A DNA stretch of 63,544 nt, filler included, from Octopus bimaculoides (GCF_001194135.2; 5 parts of 5 records of this genome joined end to end with filler, not necessarily neighbours in it); one strand, 5' to 3'; positions 1-13,098 are shown, counted from the whole stretch's first letter. Translations and numbers: made by a program. The notes: generated from the letters alone by a model not told the origin.

Positions 1-694
1 AACGACTTATAATCATCTTAATGAACAGCCGTTTTAATAATCAATTAATATTGTTCTGCATTCATTCAATTCTCCAAATGCATCCTGGCGTTAAACTTTG
101 TCGTCTCAAATTGGTGACCGACGATCATATGTTCGACATAATCGGTGGCTCCGTCGTTACAAATAGATATATTAGTAAATATATTAGGTCAAGCGTAAAC
201 AAAGAATTTCTCCTCTCTAATCATCTTTGACTGATGAATGCCTCCAGAAAGGTCAAGAGGTCAACTTATTCCCATTAATGTGTGTGTGTGTGTGTGCTCT
301 TTCAGTTTAGTATTAAAATTCTCTTTATATATAATATCACATAAAAACAAATATTAATAAGTTTTCACGTGTCTCTGTTTATATATCTATTTTTCTATCT
401 GTCTACATTTAAATAATAAGGGTGAAAAACTGAATGTTAATTTGATTAACATCAATTTAAACCAGTGGCCTAGCATAATGAAAAAAACATGAAGATTCAG
501 AAAATTATATTACATACATATAAGAGGGATGATCACTAAGTGGACATCCAATATACTAGAAGTAGGCCCCTTCTTATTTCTTCTGTCCCTCTGCCTCTAC
601 TTCTCTCTTTTCTCTCCCCACATAACCGGTGTTAGGCCAAGGCTGACCTTTCTTTCTTGGTTCGGTCGCTGTCTGTGCAACATCTATATTCCTC

Positions 695-758
695 CCTGTG
701 CCTGTGAAATCTTATATCCCTGCCGTAAGGCAGGGATACAAGATTTCACAGACGCAGG
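695..758. repeat. 30-bp inverted repeat with GTAA loop; partial extra copy of the right arm at about 765-786
   Basis: On the + strand: 27 Watson-Crick pairs, 1 G-U and 2 mismatches, counted by hand. Confidence 0.9.
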
Positions 759-987
759 AATACAAGGCAGGGATACAAGATTTCCACACACGCCAGCTTA
801 ATTTAATTCGTCCTTAGTCGAAAGACACCTGTTGCTATGTCTTGTTAGAAAGCGCGTTCCAATCTATGCACCCGTCTCCACATGTGTGCCATATTTCACG
901 CGAATCCACCCAGCCGTTTGGCCGTGAACCTCAAGAGAAGAAAGAATACAACGGTCGGCCAACTTCAATTTATATTATAGATATATA

Positions 988-1144
988 TTGGCTGTGTGGT
1001 AAGAAGCTTGCTTCCCAACCACATGGTTTGGGGTTCAGTCCCACTGTGTAGAACCTTGAGCAAGTGTCTTCTACTATAGCCTTGGGCTGACCAAAGCCTT
1101 CTGAGTGTATTTGGTAGACGGAAACTGAAAGAAGCCCGTCGTAT

Positions 1145-1145
<1 letters not shown>
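988..1145 (+). mobile_element. SINE family A, 5' half
   Basis: GGCTGTGTGGTAAGAAGCTTGCTT...GGAAACTGAAAGAAGCCCGTCG followed by an AT microsatellite and a gap. Confidence 0.85.
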
Positions 1146-1190
<45 letters not shown>

Positions 1191-1505
1191 NNNNNNNNNN
1201 NNNNNNNNNNNNNNNNNNNNNNNNNNNNNNNNNNNNNNNNNNNNNNNNNNNNNNNNNNNNNNNNNNNNNNNNNNNNNNNNNNNATATATACATATATATA
1301 TATACATATATTCATACCGATGTATATTTATGTGTGTACATGTGTATGTGTGTGTGGTTGTTAGAGTGTGGCGATGCTGGAGTTTCGATACTGTATACTC
1401 GATCCTATCGGTAGAAGAACTTAACTCTCTAGTAAACTTTTGATCGACTGTCTTTGACGAACCGCCAGGGCATAGGAGTAAGGATAAACATCAGAGACAC
1501 ATAAT

Positions 1506-1553
<48 letters not shown>

Positions 1554-2377
1554 ATACACAAATATGTATAGATACGCACGTACATAAGCATACGTGTAGA
1601 TCTGTGTGTGTATGTATGAATGTTTGTATGTATGTATGTATGTATGTATATATGTATGTATGTATGTATGTATGTGTGTATGTATGTATATATGTATGTA
1701 TGTATGTATATATAGATAGGCAGACGCAAACAAATTTACATATAATATATACATATGTATACACACACATGCACACACATACATACGTACATACACACGC
1801 ATACGTACATACATATACACACACGTACACATATCGATAGTTGGCAAGCGTTGTTGGTTTCGTTTCCTCTTATCAGATAAAAGATAGGAGTAATGGTCAT
1901 AGGACACCGCTGGGAGGTTATTGGAGACGCTAGAAATGATGGCTTACAGATGGAGGAAGAGGAGGCGGAGCAGGAGGAGGAGGATATGGGTGAGGGTAGT
2001 GTTGGTGTTAGGTAGAACTAGTAGCTTCAGTAACAGCAGCAGCAGCAGTAGTAGTAGTAGTAGCGCTGCTGCTGAAGATGACGGTGGTGGTGGTGGTGAT
2101 GTTAGTCGTGTTTCACCGAAATTCCGTGAAATACAACTAACATCACAGAAGAGAAAGGACACGTTGCTCTCGGTTGTAACGAGATCAATAAAAAAAAATT
2201 ATGGCATGATGGCCATGGCTAGAATACCGTGGAAAAAAAAATGTCCTGTTTTGCCAGAGATGATCTGGAGTTAAACAACGACTACAACAGCCCCACTACC
2301 ACCACCACCTCAACCACCACCACCAACAACAATACAAACACCAATTCTAGAGAGTTGTTATGGTGGGTGCTAGATGA

Positions 2378-2780
2378 AGCAGGATTGGCGGAATCGTTAG
2401 AGCGTCGGACAAAATGCCTTTCGGTATACCTTCTGCTTCTTTATGCTCCGAGTTCAAATTACACCGATGTCAACTTTTCCTTTAGCCTCTCCGAGAACTA
2501 TAAAATAATAACAATTTAGTCGAGAGTATTGACCAACCCCCTGCTCCCCCAAATTACTGGCCTCGTGGCTAAATCAGAAAAAGGGCGGTGGATTGGCAGA
2601 ACCAGTAGAGCATCGAAGAAAAATGCTTTGCGGTGTTTCTTCCGGCTCTTACGTTCCGAGTTCAAAGCACGTTTAGATCAATTTAGCCTTTAATTCCTCC
2701 AGGGATGATAAATTAATCTATCAATCTGATACTAAACCCCTCTCCTCAAAACTGCTATCCAGGTACCTAAATTTGGAATA
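2378..2780 (+). mobile_element. Two old, diverged family B-like SINE copies in tandem
   Basis: TTGGCGGAATCGTTAG...CCGAGTTCAAAT and TTGGCAGAACCAGTAG...CCGAGTTCAAAG. Confidence 0.6.
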
Positions 2781-3126
2781 AACAAAATTTAATTTAAAAG
2801 AAAACGAATTAGATTCTGAAGAAATCGACGATGGAAAGGACCACATCAGCAAGATAGCATCTAACGGCGTGTATGACCTTAGCATGATACACGGATGGTT
2901 ATTTTAATCCATTGCTTAAATGTCATTTAATCAGGTGACGCTCGGGTGACATGGCAGTGACAAGCCTCCAGAAATACGAAACGCGTCTGTCGTTCTCATG
3001 AGTCACTGCAGCGACGATGTTTGTCTTGCTCTGGTATATATCGTGTTTTTAACAGAACCAAACTACGAAGGGATTTAATCTCAGACAATTCCACAGCATC
3101 ATGCCTTCCAACAATATGTGTGTGTG

Positions 3127-3210
<84 letters not shown>

Positions 3211-3558
3211 TGAAAACGCAATATATTTTTCTCTACTTTGTATTATTTCGCATTGGGCTCTCATACATACGCTAACCACTGCACACATTCTTTTCTCTCC
3301 TTGTTTCTTGCTGTTTTCCTTTCTGTGGAAGAGCGTAAGCTCGAAACGTTAAAGACTTTTTCAATTCCCGAGCGTTATACTAATACATCTGTTTGTTTTC
3401 TACACCACCTGTCTTCGTCCTTTGTTTTTTTTTTGTGAATTCTTCCCTTATATATATATATATATGGGTCATTCTTGGCTTTCTTTCATCAGTCAAGTCC
3501 CAGAAGTCACGACCATTTCGGACAGTCACACTTGAGATGGTTCGATCTGGTTACCCCC

Positions 3559-3593
<35 letters not shown>

Positions 3594-4784
3594 GGAACAA
3601 AAACGCAATAGAGGGCATTAAAACGTTCAGACAGATAGGCGATAGATAGTATGTATATATATGTATATATATATAGTATGACATGCGGATGACAGCTTTA
3701 ATGTAATGCTCCTTTATTTGCGTACACCCCAAAATTTCATAGACGTGCTTGGTCTAAAATCTGGTGGTGGTGGTGGTGGTGGTTTTAAGCATTAACCATA
3801 CAAAATAACATAAAAACAAGGAATGATCCTCCGCTTGTGTGTGTGTTGCGGGAGAAGGCAACAGGGCAGGGTAATTAGGGGTACAACCCTCACACACACA
3901 GACACACAGAAAAGAAGAAGAACAGCAAAAGCAACAACAAGGCAACGATGATCATCATGATGGTGGTGAAGGTGGCGGTGGTAATGGTGGTGATGAACGA
4001 TGATGATGATGGTGATGATGGTGATGAAAGAAAACATATGCGGCGTAGAGAATGTTTCTGAAGATGCTGGAGCGTTAATAAATGAGCCTTGTGTGTGTCA
4101 GTGTGTGTGTGTGTGTGTGTGTGTCAGTGTGTGTGTGTGTCAGTGTGTGTGTCAGTGTGTGTGTGTGTGTGTGTCAGTGTGTGTGTATGCGTGTGTGCAT
4201 TTGTGCGTGTGTGCATTTGTGCATGCGTGNNNNNNNNNNNNNNNNNNNNNNNNNNNNNNNNNNNNNNNNNNNNNNNNNNNNNNNNNNNNNNNNNNNNNNN
4301 NNNNNNNNNNNNNNNNNNNNNNNNNNNNNNNNNNNNNNNNNNNNNNNNNNNNNNNNNNNNNNNNNNNNNNNNNNNNNNNNNNNNNNNNNNNNNNNNNNNN
4401 NNNNNNNNNNNNNNNNNNNNNNNNNNNNNNNNNNNNNNNNNNNNNNNNNNNNNNNNNNNNNNNNNNNNNNNNNNNNNNNNNNNNNNNNNNNNNNNNNNNN
4501 NNNNNNNNNNNNNNNNNNNNNNNNNNNNNNNNNNNNNNNNNNNNNNNNNNNNNNNNNNNNNNNNNNNNNNNNNNNNNNNNNNNNNNNNNNNNNNNNNNNN
4601 NNNNNNNNNNNNNNNNNNNNNNNNNNNNNNNNNNNNNNNNNNNNNNNNNNNNNNNNNNNNNNNNNNNNNNNNNNNNNNNNNNNNNNNNNNNNNNNNNNNN
4701 NNNNNNNNNNNNNTGTATGTATGTATGTATGTATATATATATGTATGTATGTATGAATGTATATATATATATATCTGTATGTCA

Positions 4785-4821
<37 letters not shown>

Positions 4822-4837
4822 AGTGTGTGTGTATATA

Positions 4838-4873
<36 letters not shown>

Positions 4874-4924
4874 TATATATATGTATGTATGTATGAATGT
4901 ATATATATATATCCGTATGTCATA

Positions 4925-4955
<31 letters not shown>

Positions 4956-5861
4956 CACTGAAGCGGAAACTAAATAATGGTTGTCTGTGTGGTGGAGATG
5001 CAACAGGAGAGGGGCAGGGGCTTTTATTTATTTATTTATTTATCTATTTATTAATTCATTTATTTATTTATAGAACAATTACTTAAAAAGAGAACCTAGG
5101 AATAGGGTTTCGTCAGAGCATTTCGTGATGAGGAGAAAATCATCTTTTGTGGTCATCCAATGGTATTGCTTAATCTCATACTGTCTCCTTTCTCATGTTT
5201 CTTCCTCTGACGCACCCCGCCTTTACTATGACGTCTACGTATCGCAGTGAACACACGATGTGTCACTTCTGGAATAGCGTCTGTCATAAGCCCAGCTTGT
5301 CTACACTTGACGCACCACCGTTGTTTCGATTAAGTCAACCCTGGTAATTTTACCATCATTTATATCGAAGACTACATTGTCAATTGACACATGGCTGCTA
5401 TCTCTAGCATATCACCCAACCACATAAAGGCTCTCACGTGGGACAAATCTCGGCGTTGTTTTCACAAACGGTTTCAGGAAGCATATCGTAATTAACCATG
5501 AAGGAGCGGGTTTAACAGTTCGTAAAAAAACAAGGTGCGAAGCACTGTCCCCCAAAGCGTACTTCCGCTGTTTGGTGGATTGTAGGATACCAAGTAAAGG
5601 TCAATGAACCAAATGCTAACGACCTGTCGTTTGTACTGGCGGACCCCACGAGATGTAAGTCGATGCAATCAATTAGGGAACATCTATCGCTTCTTGCCTC
5701 TCTCTTCGTCGATGACTGAAGAAGCAATAACACGACTGCTGAGCCGCGTGGCTACGGGGTGGCTGAGCGGTTCACCCCCGGGCGTATCTGGAACTATGTG
5801 GTCCAGAAATATATGGTTGGGAAGCAATTTTCTTACGACACACCCACACCTGCGCGAATAC

Positions 5862-5932
<71 letters not shown>

Positions 5933-6779
5933 GCACGTGTATTATGTATGTATATATGTAGGTAAGTATGTATATTTGTATGCAAGTTATGTATGCATAC
6001 AAACATCCACATACATACACACACATATATATGCAAAGATGCTTAGATGCGTGAATACATGTGTGCGTACACGTATAACTTACCCCATTGTTATTGTCTG
6101 AATGCCAAAGAAAGAGACTTCGTTCTGGGTCTTTTTCCATTAGTGAGGAATTCGAAAAATGAAACCAGAACATACGCACACACATACATACATACACACA
6201 TACATACATACTTATATATATATAACATACATACATATATTCGTACAATCATACATACCAATATATAAGCACATATCCAGATATTGACATTAAGCTGTCT
6301 TAAATGATTGTATCATATTAAGATTCCATACTTGACATTTATACATTCTCTCGTTGATTACAAGATCTTCTGCAAAATATTTTCGCCGAAGAAAATTCTG
6401 CTTCACTTTATTTTGAGGCGTGTTTTCTGTTTAAATCTCACAAAAGCATATTCTTATTGCTACAAGAATATTATCTACTAGTATGAAGTCTATCAGGTTA
6501 GTCCGGAAAGGTTGGCCATGTTTTTTTTTAAATCGAAGTCCTGTTCTCAAAAATTCGTCTATTAAATAAAGTTCTAAAAGAAAAGTTTTAAAATCTTATA
6601 TCTGAACCATTTTTTTCTCTCTCTCTCTCCCTTTCAGCTGTCACTTCTGTTTGGCCGTTATTCATTCTATGATCAGTTAAGATCCCCACACTCACATACA
6701 CTCACATTGTCCTGCTACTTACCTCCCTTGTTTTCACTCTTCTCTAACAAAGAACACTTTCATCCAGTATGTCGTTTCC

Positions 6780-6912
6780 TAATTTCAGGCAGAGTGAATC
6801 GCGTCATGGTGCAGACCCAACTATATTGTGTAGTTGACAAAATAAAAAAGAAAGCATTTGCATGCGCGAAATTAAAAATCCCAAATGGTGACAATTTACC
6901 CATCGCACCCTG
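6780..6912 (-). mobile_element. Isolated Tc1/mariner-type terminal fragment
   Basis: Ends ...CCATCGCACCCTG-TA (rc TA-CAGGGTGCGATGGG), the TA-CAGGGTG terminus typical of this superfamily. The partner end is not visible (gap follows). Confidence 0.4.
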
Positions 6913-7400
6913 TATATATATATATATNNNNNNNNNNNNNNNNNNNNNNNNNNNNNNNNNNNNNNNNNNNNNNNNNNNNNNNNNNNNNNNNNNNNNNNNN
7001 NNNNNNNNNNNNNNNNNNNNNNNNNNNNNNNNNNNNNNNNNNNNNNNNNNNNNNNNNNNNNNNNNNNNNNNNNNNNNNNNNNNNNNNNNNNNNNNNNNNN
7101 NNNNNNNNNNNNNNNNNNNNNNNNNNNNNNNNNNNNNNNNNNNNNNNNNNNNNNNNNNNNNNNNNNNNNNNNNNNNNNNNNNNNNNNNNNNNNNNNNNNN
7201 NNNNNNNNNNNNNNNNNNNNNNNNNNNNNNNNNNNNNNNNNNNNNNNNNNNNNNNNNNNNNNNNNNNNNNNNNNNNNNNNNNNNNNNNNNNNNNNNNNNN
7301 NNNNNNNNNNNNNNNNNNNNNNNNNNNNNNNNNNNNNNNNTATATATATATACACTCTATATATATACATACACTCTAAGACAGCCCTCATACATTTATT

Positions 7401-7448
<48 letters not shown>

Positions 7449-9289
7449 GGCTCACCAATATCTATCTATGAATTATTCTGCCTGTTTGTTAAAAGCTTAA
7501 AATGTCTCGAAGTCACCGCCATAAAACATATGCTTATCACACTATGGCCAGACGGGCTGGAAATTGAAATATTTCTCTTGACAAGCTTTAATCTATCTTC
7601 TTACTCACATTTATAAAAAAAAGAAACAGCACCGAACTTAATAGCTATCATGCTAGAAAAAGGTGCCAAATTCCCCTCACTTCACACGTTTTATTTGTCT
7701 ATTTATTTATCTATTTATTTATTTATTCATTTATTCACTTATTTATTTATTTATTTTTGTCCTGGGCCTTGTAACTTTAAGATTTATTAATAATAACTGC
7801 TGCATCTACTAATAGTACAAATTATATTTATACGAGAGCCCGGGACGATGAAAGGGAAAAGGTTACCTCCCTACCGGCGGGATTTGAAGGCACAGAATGG
7901 AAATCAATACCGTAAGGCATTTTTTCCAACTCTGTTAATTCTCCGTCACAATATATCCTCGTGGCTGTGTAGTAAGAAGCTTGCTTCCTAATCACATGGT
8001 TCCGGGTTCAGTCCCACTGCGTGACACCTTGGGTAAGTGCCTTCTACTATATATTTCATTATTGCTCACGGGGCGGGGGAGGGGCTAAACGTAGAGGGAG
8101 AAAACAAGGACAGGTAAAGGGATTAAGTCGATTACATCGACTGCAGTGCGTAACTGGTACTTATTTAATCAACCCCGAAAGGATGAAGGGCAAAGTCGAA
8201 TTCCAGGTTACTACCTGGAATCGAACTCGGAATGAGATTTGGTTGAGGAGATTTGGCTAGACTTTCTAGCAGATCGAGTAACTATATCGAGGTTCCATCA
8301 TGAATATTTTACAGAAAATCGAAGTAATTTTATATAAATACAAATCCATGCAATTAAATGGTACCTCGATGCTGGTGAACTTTCAATTTCTGTATATTGT
8401 CTGGATAGATATACATCTCCATTCATAAATTTCTCTTCCAGAAACTTTCACATTATAGTTTTGTTTACTTTTCGAAAAGAGTTGTCAGTATGCCATGTTG
8501 ATAAACTGTTTTTGCAACGGAGAATAAGGCGTATTTTTGAAAAAAAGAAAAAGAAAAAAAAGAAAAATGGAGAAGTATATTTCAGTTATAATGCATAAAA
8601 ATATATCAAGTAAAATGGATACATTAAATGGAAGGTATGAAAATACATCACGTAAACATCGTCATTTTACTCCAAACGCTGAAACGGCAACGAAGAATTG
8701 CTTACGAAACAGAAAAAGAAAATCGTGTCGTTTTGAAAAGTACATTATTACGAGGAGAGAAAAAAAAATGTTTAGCAAACATATTTCTATTTAATTGGAA
8801 ACAACATTTAAATAAACATTAAATCTTTTGGATGTAATGATGTTTTAAGAGTCAGCTATGCTTCCATTTTAAAAGTATGTGACTTGTGAAATAAATAAAC
8901 AAAAAAAAAAACGTTTTGGTAACTTAAAGACGTTTAATTAAAACCATCTCTAAATGTGGTTCAGTATTTGTTTGCAATATTCCGCCATGGAACTAATTTG
9001 GCTTTGTAGATTATCAGTCATTATTGGGAGCTGAAATATTTTTGGTTCTCAAGAGAAATACCAGTGTTTGGGATTCTGTTTTTTTGCTATGTTAAGGATT
9101 TACTTTCGCCGGAAGAGATCTTCTGATAAATTTATGGGATGTCTGAACAAAAATTCGAAAGAAAAAAAACCCCAAAATTTAACATTTTTATCTGAGTGGT
9201 AATTTCAGTTGTTTGGAACATACGAATATTACACAACAAGAATATTACACGTCATTCGTTCAACATTCTTAAGAAATATAAAGATAAGC

Positions 9290-10665
9290 ATTTTTCGAGA
9301 GTTTCATCATACGTCAAGAATTCCACCCACTTCACAGAATTGATCAAGGATCAAGAATCCAACCAGATGGTGAGTCTAGATGTGATAAGTCTATTCACCA
9401 AAGTCCCAACTGGTGAAGCACTATCGGTGATTCAAGAAAAACTAGTGACAGACACCCATCTAAAAGAACGCACTAGTATACCAATAACAAACTTGATGGA
9501 AATGTTGACTTTCTGTGTAGAAACTACCTACTTCAGTATGGACACTGATATATATCGACAAGAAGACGGTTTAGCTATGGGTTCGCCATTATCACCGATA
9601 ATAGCCAATATATACATGGAATACTTCGAGAATTTGGCTTTAGGANNNNNNNNNNNNNNNNNNNNNNNNNNNNNNNNNNNNNNNNNNNNNNNNNNNNNNN
9701 NNNNNNNNNNNNNNNNNNNNNNNNNNNNNNNNNNNNNNNNNNNNNNNNNNNNNNNNNNNNNNNNNNNNNNNNNNNNNNNNNNNNNNNNNNNNNNNNNNNN
9801 NNNNNNNNNNNNNNNNNNNNNNNNNNNNNNNNNNNNNNNNNNNNNNNNNNNNNNNNNNNNNNNNNNNNNNNNNNNNNNNNNNNNNNNNNNNNNNNNNNNN
9901 NNNNNNNNNNNNNNNNNNNNNNNNNNNNNNNNNNNNNNNNNNNNNNNNNNNNNNNNNNNNNNNNNNNNNNNNNNNNNNNNNNNNNNNNNNNNNNNNNNNN
10001 NNNNNNNNNNNNNNNNNNNNNNNNNNNNNNNNNNNNNNNNNNNNNNNNNNNNNNNNNNNNNNNNNNNNNNNNNNNNNNNNNNNNNNNNNNNNNNNNNNNN
10101 NNNNNNNNNNNNNNNNNNNNNNNNNNNNNNNNNNNNNNNNNNNNNNNNNNNNNNNNNNNNNNNNNNNNNNNNNNNNNNNNNNNNNNNNNNNNNNNNNNNN
10201 NNNNNNNNNNNNNNNNNNNNNNNNNNNNNNNNNNNNNNNNNNNNNNNNNNNNNNNNNNNNNNNNNNNNNNNNNNNNNNNNNNNNNNNNNNNNNNNNNNNN
10301 NNNNNNNNNNNNNNNNNNNNNNNNNNNNNNNNNNNNNNNNNNNNNNNNNNNNNNNNNNNNNNNNNNNNNNNNNNNNNNNNNNNNNNNNNNNNNNNNNNNN
10401 NNNNNNNNNNNNNNNNNNNNNNNNNNNNNNNNNNNNNNNNNNNNNNNNNNNNNNNNNNNNNNNNNNNNNNNNNNNNNNNNNNNNNNNNNNNNNNNNNNNN
10501 NNNNNNNNNNNNNNNNNNNNNNNNNNNNNNNNNNNNNNNNNNNNNNNNNNNNNNNNNNNNNNNNNNNNNNNNNNNNNNNNNNNNNNNNNNNNNNNNNNNN
10601 NNNNNNNNNNNNNNNNNNNNTGGGAACCGGTATTGAGGAAGGATAGAAAAATAATAGATTTATAA
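9290..10665 (+). mobile_element. 5'-truncated Penelope-like retroelement (Poseidon/Penelope-type RT), middle lost in an assembly gap
   Basis: Open frame SSYVKNSTHF...MVSLDVISLFTKVP...FCVETTYF...YRQEDGLAMGSPLSPIIANIYMEYFE (9290-9645) carries the PLE RT motifs. After a 975-N gap, WEPVLRKDRKIIDL* (10621-10665) resembles a PLE ORF C-terminus. Linkage across the gap rests on scaffolding only. Confidence 0.88.
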
Positions 10666-10696
10666 GCCTTAAAATTCACCCCCCATAATTGCCTAC

Positions 10697-10890
10697 GGGC
10701 ATATGGCGTAGTGGTTACGAGCGACCTGATTAATAATAGTAATAATATAATAATAGTAACATCGTTAGGAATGAGAACCCAGGTTCGAAATTTCCCCAAG
10801 ACACCTGACGAAGGCTGGAGGGTATATCAGTCGAAACGTTGTGTTAACAACAAACAAGATGAGGACAAATATCCGTCAAATGTAAATAAT
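10697..10890 (+). mobile_element. tRNA-head/(AAT)n/hammerhead module at the 3' end of the PLE (internally deleted copy)
   Basis: GGGCATATGGCGTAGTGGTT (A-box-like), then an AAT-rich linker, then TTAGGAATGAGAACCCAGGTTCGAAATTTCCCCAAGACAC-CTGACGA...GAAAC...CCGTCAAATGTAAATAAT. Near-identical to the two copies at 32870-33538 but lacks the anticodon/T-arm part of the head. Confidence 0.85.
10800..10845 (+). ncRNA. Minimal type I hammerhead ribozyme motif
   Basis: Stem I GACAC/GTGTT; core CTGACGA (10805-10811) plus one extra A; stem II GGCTG/CAGTC (one G-U); GAAAC-GTT with a loopless palindromic ACGT stem III. Activity untested. Confidence 0.7.
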
Positions 10891-11170
10891 GATATATATT
10901 TTAGTCCACAGTAACTACAGTGAATTTGCCTTTAGAAGTAGAAAATTGTCACAAATATATTTTAACTAAAGCTTGCTTATGTCTAAATACAGCTGAAATT
11001 TCTTTCGACCTGGAGATCTAATGTCTCATCTCAGTCAATGTTGTCGAATATGGTTTAGTTAAAGCTGCAGCTGTAATTAAGTCTGTCCAGAGTTGTCGCT
11101 CTTTGGTATTTCCCATTGTTAGCGACGAAAGAGCTAGAAATATTCGTACCTAAGTTTTTAAGTTTTATGA

Positions 11171-11224
<54 letters not shown>

Positions 11225-11270
11225 ACTGGGTCAGAACGAACTATAATTATTATTATTATTACTAATATTT

Positions 11271-11307
<37 letters not shown>

Positions 11308-11499
11308 CATAAGTGTGCATATATGAAACGTTTGCCCAGTGCCTACCACTCGCGACAAAGAGTCATTTTAACTAAAAAAATGTATTCACAAACGAAGCCA
11401 TCTCTTTCTGCTGATTATCTGCTCAGGATGCCGGATTTTATGGCATTTTAAAAGAATTATTTTAATTCCATAATTTGACAGCATAATGAGTACATACAC

Positions 11500-11530
<31 letters not shown>

Positions 11531-11664
11531 TGTAGGTAGGTAGGTAGGTATTTATATATATATAATATATGTATATATATGTATGTATNNNNNNNNNNTA
11601 TATACATATATATAAATATTTATATATACATATTTATACGCACATACATATACATTAATTGAGA

Positions 11665-12065
11665 TTACCAGCCACATGGTCCCGGGTTCAGTCTCACTGC
11701 GTGGCACCTTGGGCAAGTGTTTTCTATTATAGCCTCGGGCCGACCAAAGCCTTGTGAGTGGATTCGGCAGACGGAAACTGATAGAAGCCTGTCGTATATA
11801 TATGTATGTATATATATGTATGTGAGTGTGTGTGTTTGTACGCGCGCGCGTGTGTATGTATATATTTGTGTGTCTGTGTTTGTCCCCTCAACATAGCTTG
11901 ACAACCGATGCTGGTATGTTTACGTCCTGTATCTTAGCGGTTCGGCAAAAGGGAAAGATAGTACTAGGCTTACAAATAATTAGCCCTAGGGTCGATTTGC
12001 TCGACTAAAGGCTGTACTCCAGCATGGCCGCATTCAAATGACTGAAACAAATAAAAGATTAAAAG
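11665..12065 (+). mobile_element. SINE family A, near full-length
   Basis: Same body and tail as the 58293 copy; 5' end clipped. Confidence 0.88.
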
Positions 12066-12133
12066 AATATATATATATATATATATATANNNNNNNNNNN
12101 NNNNNNNNNNNNNNNNNNNNNNNNNNNNNNNNN

Positions 12134-12145
12134 TTAATTAATTAA
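12134..12145. other. Assembly spacer TTAATTAATTAA inside a 100-bp N block (also at 38364-38375, 53864-53875, 62201-62212)
   Basis: The identical palindromic 12-mer, with stops in all six frames, is centred between two runs of about 44 N at four sites. Technical, not biological. Confidence 0.92.
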
Positions 12146-12189
12146 NNNNNNNNNNNNNNNNNNNNNNNNNNNNNNNNNNNNNNNNNNNN

Positions 12190-12433
12190 GGTCGGTAGTG
12201 GTAGTAGCAGCAGCAGCAGCAACAGTACAAGTAGTAATAGTAGTGGTAGTAATAGTAGTAGTAGTAGGAGTAGTAGTAGGAAGAGGTGGAGGAAGTAGAA
12301 GAGGAGGAGGAAATAGAAGAGAAGTAATAGTAATGGTAGTAGTAGTAGTAGTAGTAGTAAGAGGAGGAGGTAGAATAGAGAAGTAGTAGTAGTAATACGA
12401 ATTGTTGTAGTAGTAGTAGTAGTAGTGGTAGTG

Positions 12434-12470
<37 letters not shown>

Positions 12471-12523
12471 ATGTTATTGAGCGAATTGTAGTAGTAGTAG
12501 TAGTAGTAATAATACGAATTGTT

Positions 12524-12557
<34 letters not shown>

Positions 12558-12619
12558 TGGTAATAGTAGTAGTAGATGTTATTGAGTGAATTGTAGTAGT
12601 AGTAGTTGTTGTGCGAATT

Positions 12620-12652
<33 letters not shown>

Positions 12653-12690
12653 ACAACAGTGGTAGTGGTGGTGCTGGTGGTAGATGACTG
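12190..12690. repeat. Compound (GTA)n microsatellite with higher-order duplicated interruptions
   Basis: AATACGAATTGTTG and GATGTTATTGAG(C/T)GAATTG each recur between GTA runs. Confidence 0.85.
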
Positions 12691-13012
12691 CACTACGCGA
12701 GAAAAAAATGGTTTGGCAGTGACGGTAGCTAAAACAATATAAATCTATTTACAACAATAAAAATTGCTAAAAACGTAAGCAACAAAGACTGTATTGGTAA
12801 CTATGACACTAGTAAACGCACTAATGTAATCAGAGTTGCGGCGATAGTACGAACACCATAAGAACACAATATTGGGTGTAATATTTGTTGTTCTTGTAGG
12901 AATTCCTTTTGATGTTGTTGTTGTCGTTTTAATCTCACGTTAGCCTTGACCGAAAAACGTTATGATCAAAGCATTCCATCCAGGGACATACCAGTATTTG
13001 GTATAACCAGCA

Positions 13013-13098
<86 letters not shown>

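Noticed and set aside
226-265. CTGATGA...GAAA-GGTC hammerhead-like string
   Set aside because: No stem II and no valid stem III or stem I pairing around the core.
5100-5760. Complex unique sequence with short ORFs on both strands
   Set aside because: No recognisable protein motif or convincing splice pair; I could not assign it.
6601-6700. Strong-looking acceptor (CT)n-TTTCAG as another CUX1/CASP exon
   Set aside because: The downstream translation does not resemble the expected N-terminal CASP/CUX1 peptides; the pyrimidine tract is a microsatellite.
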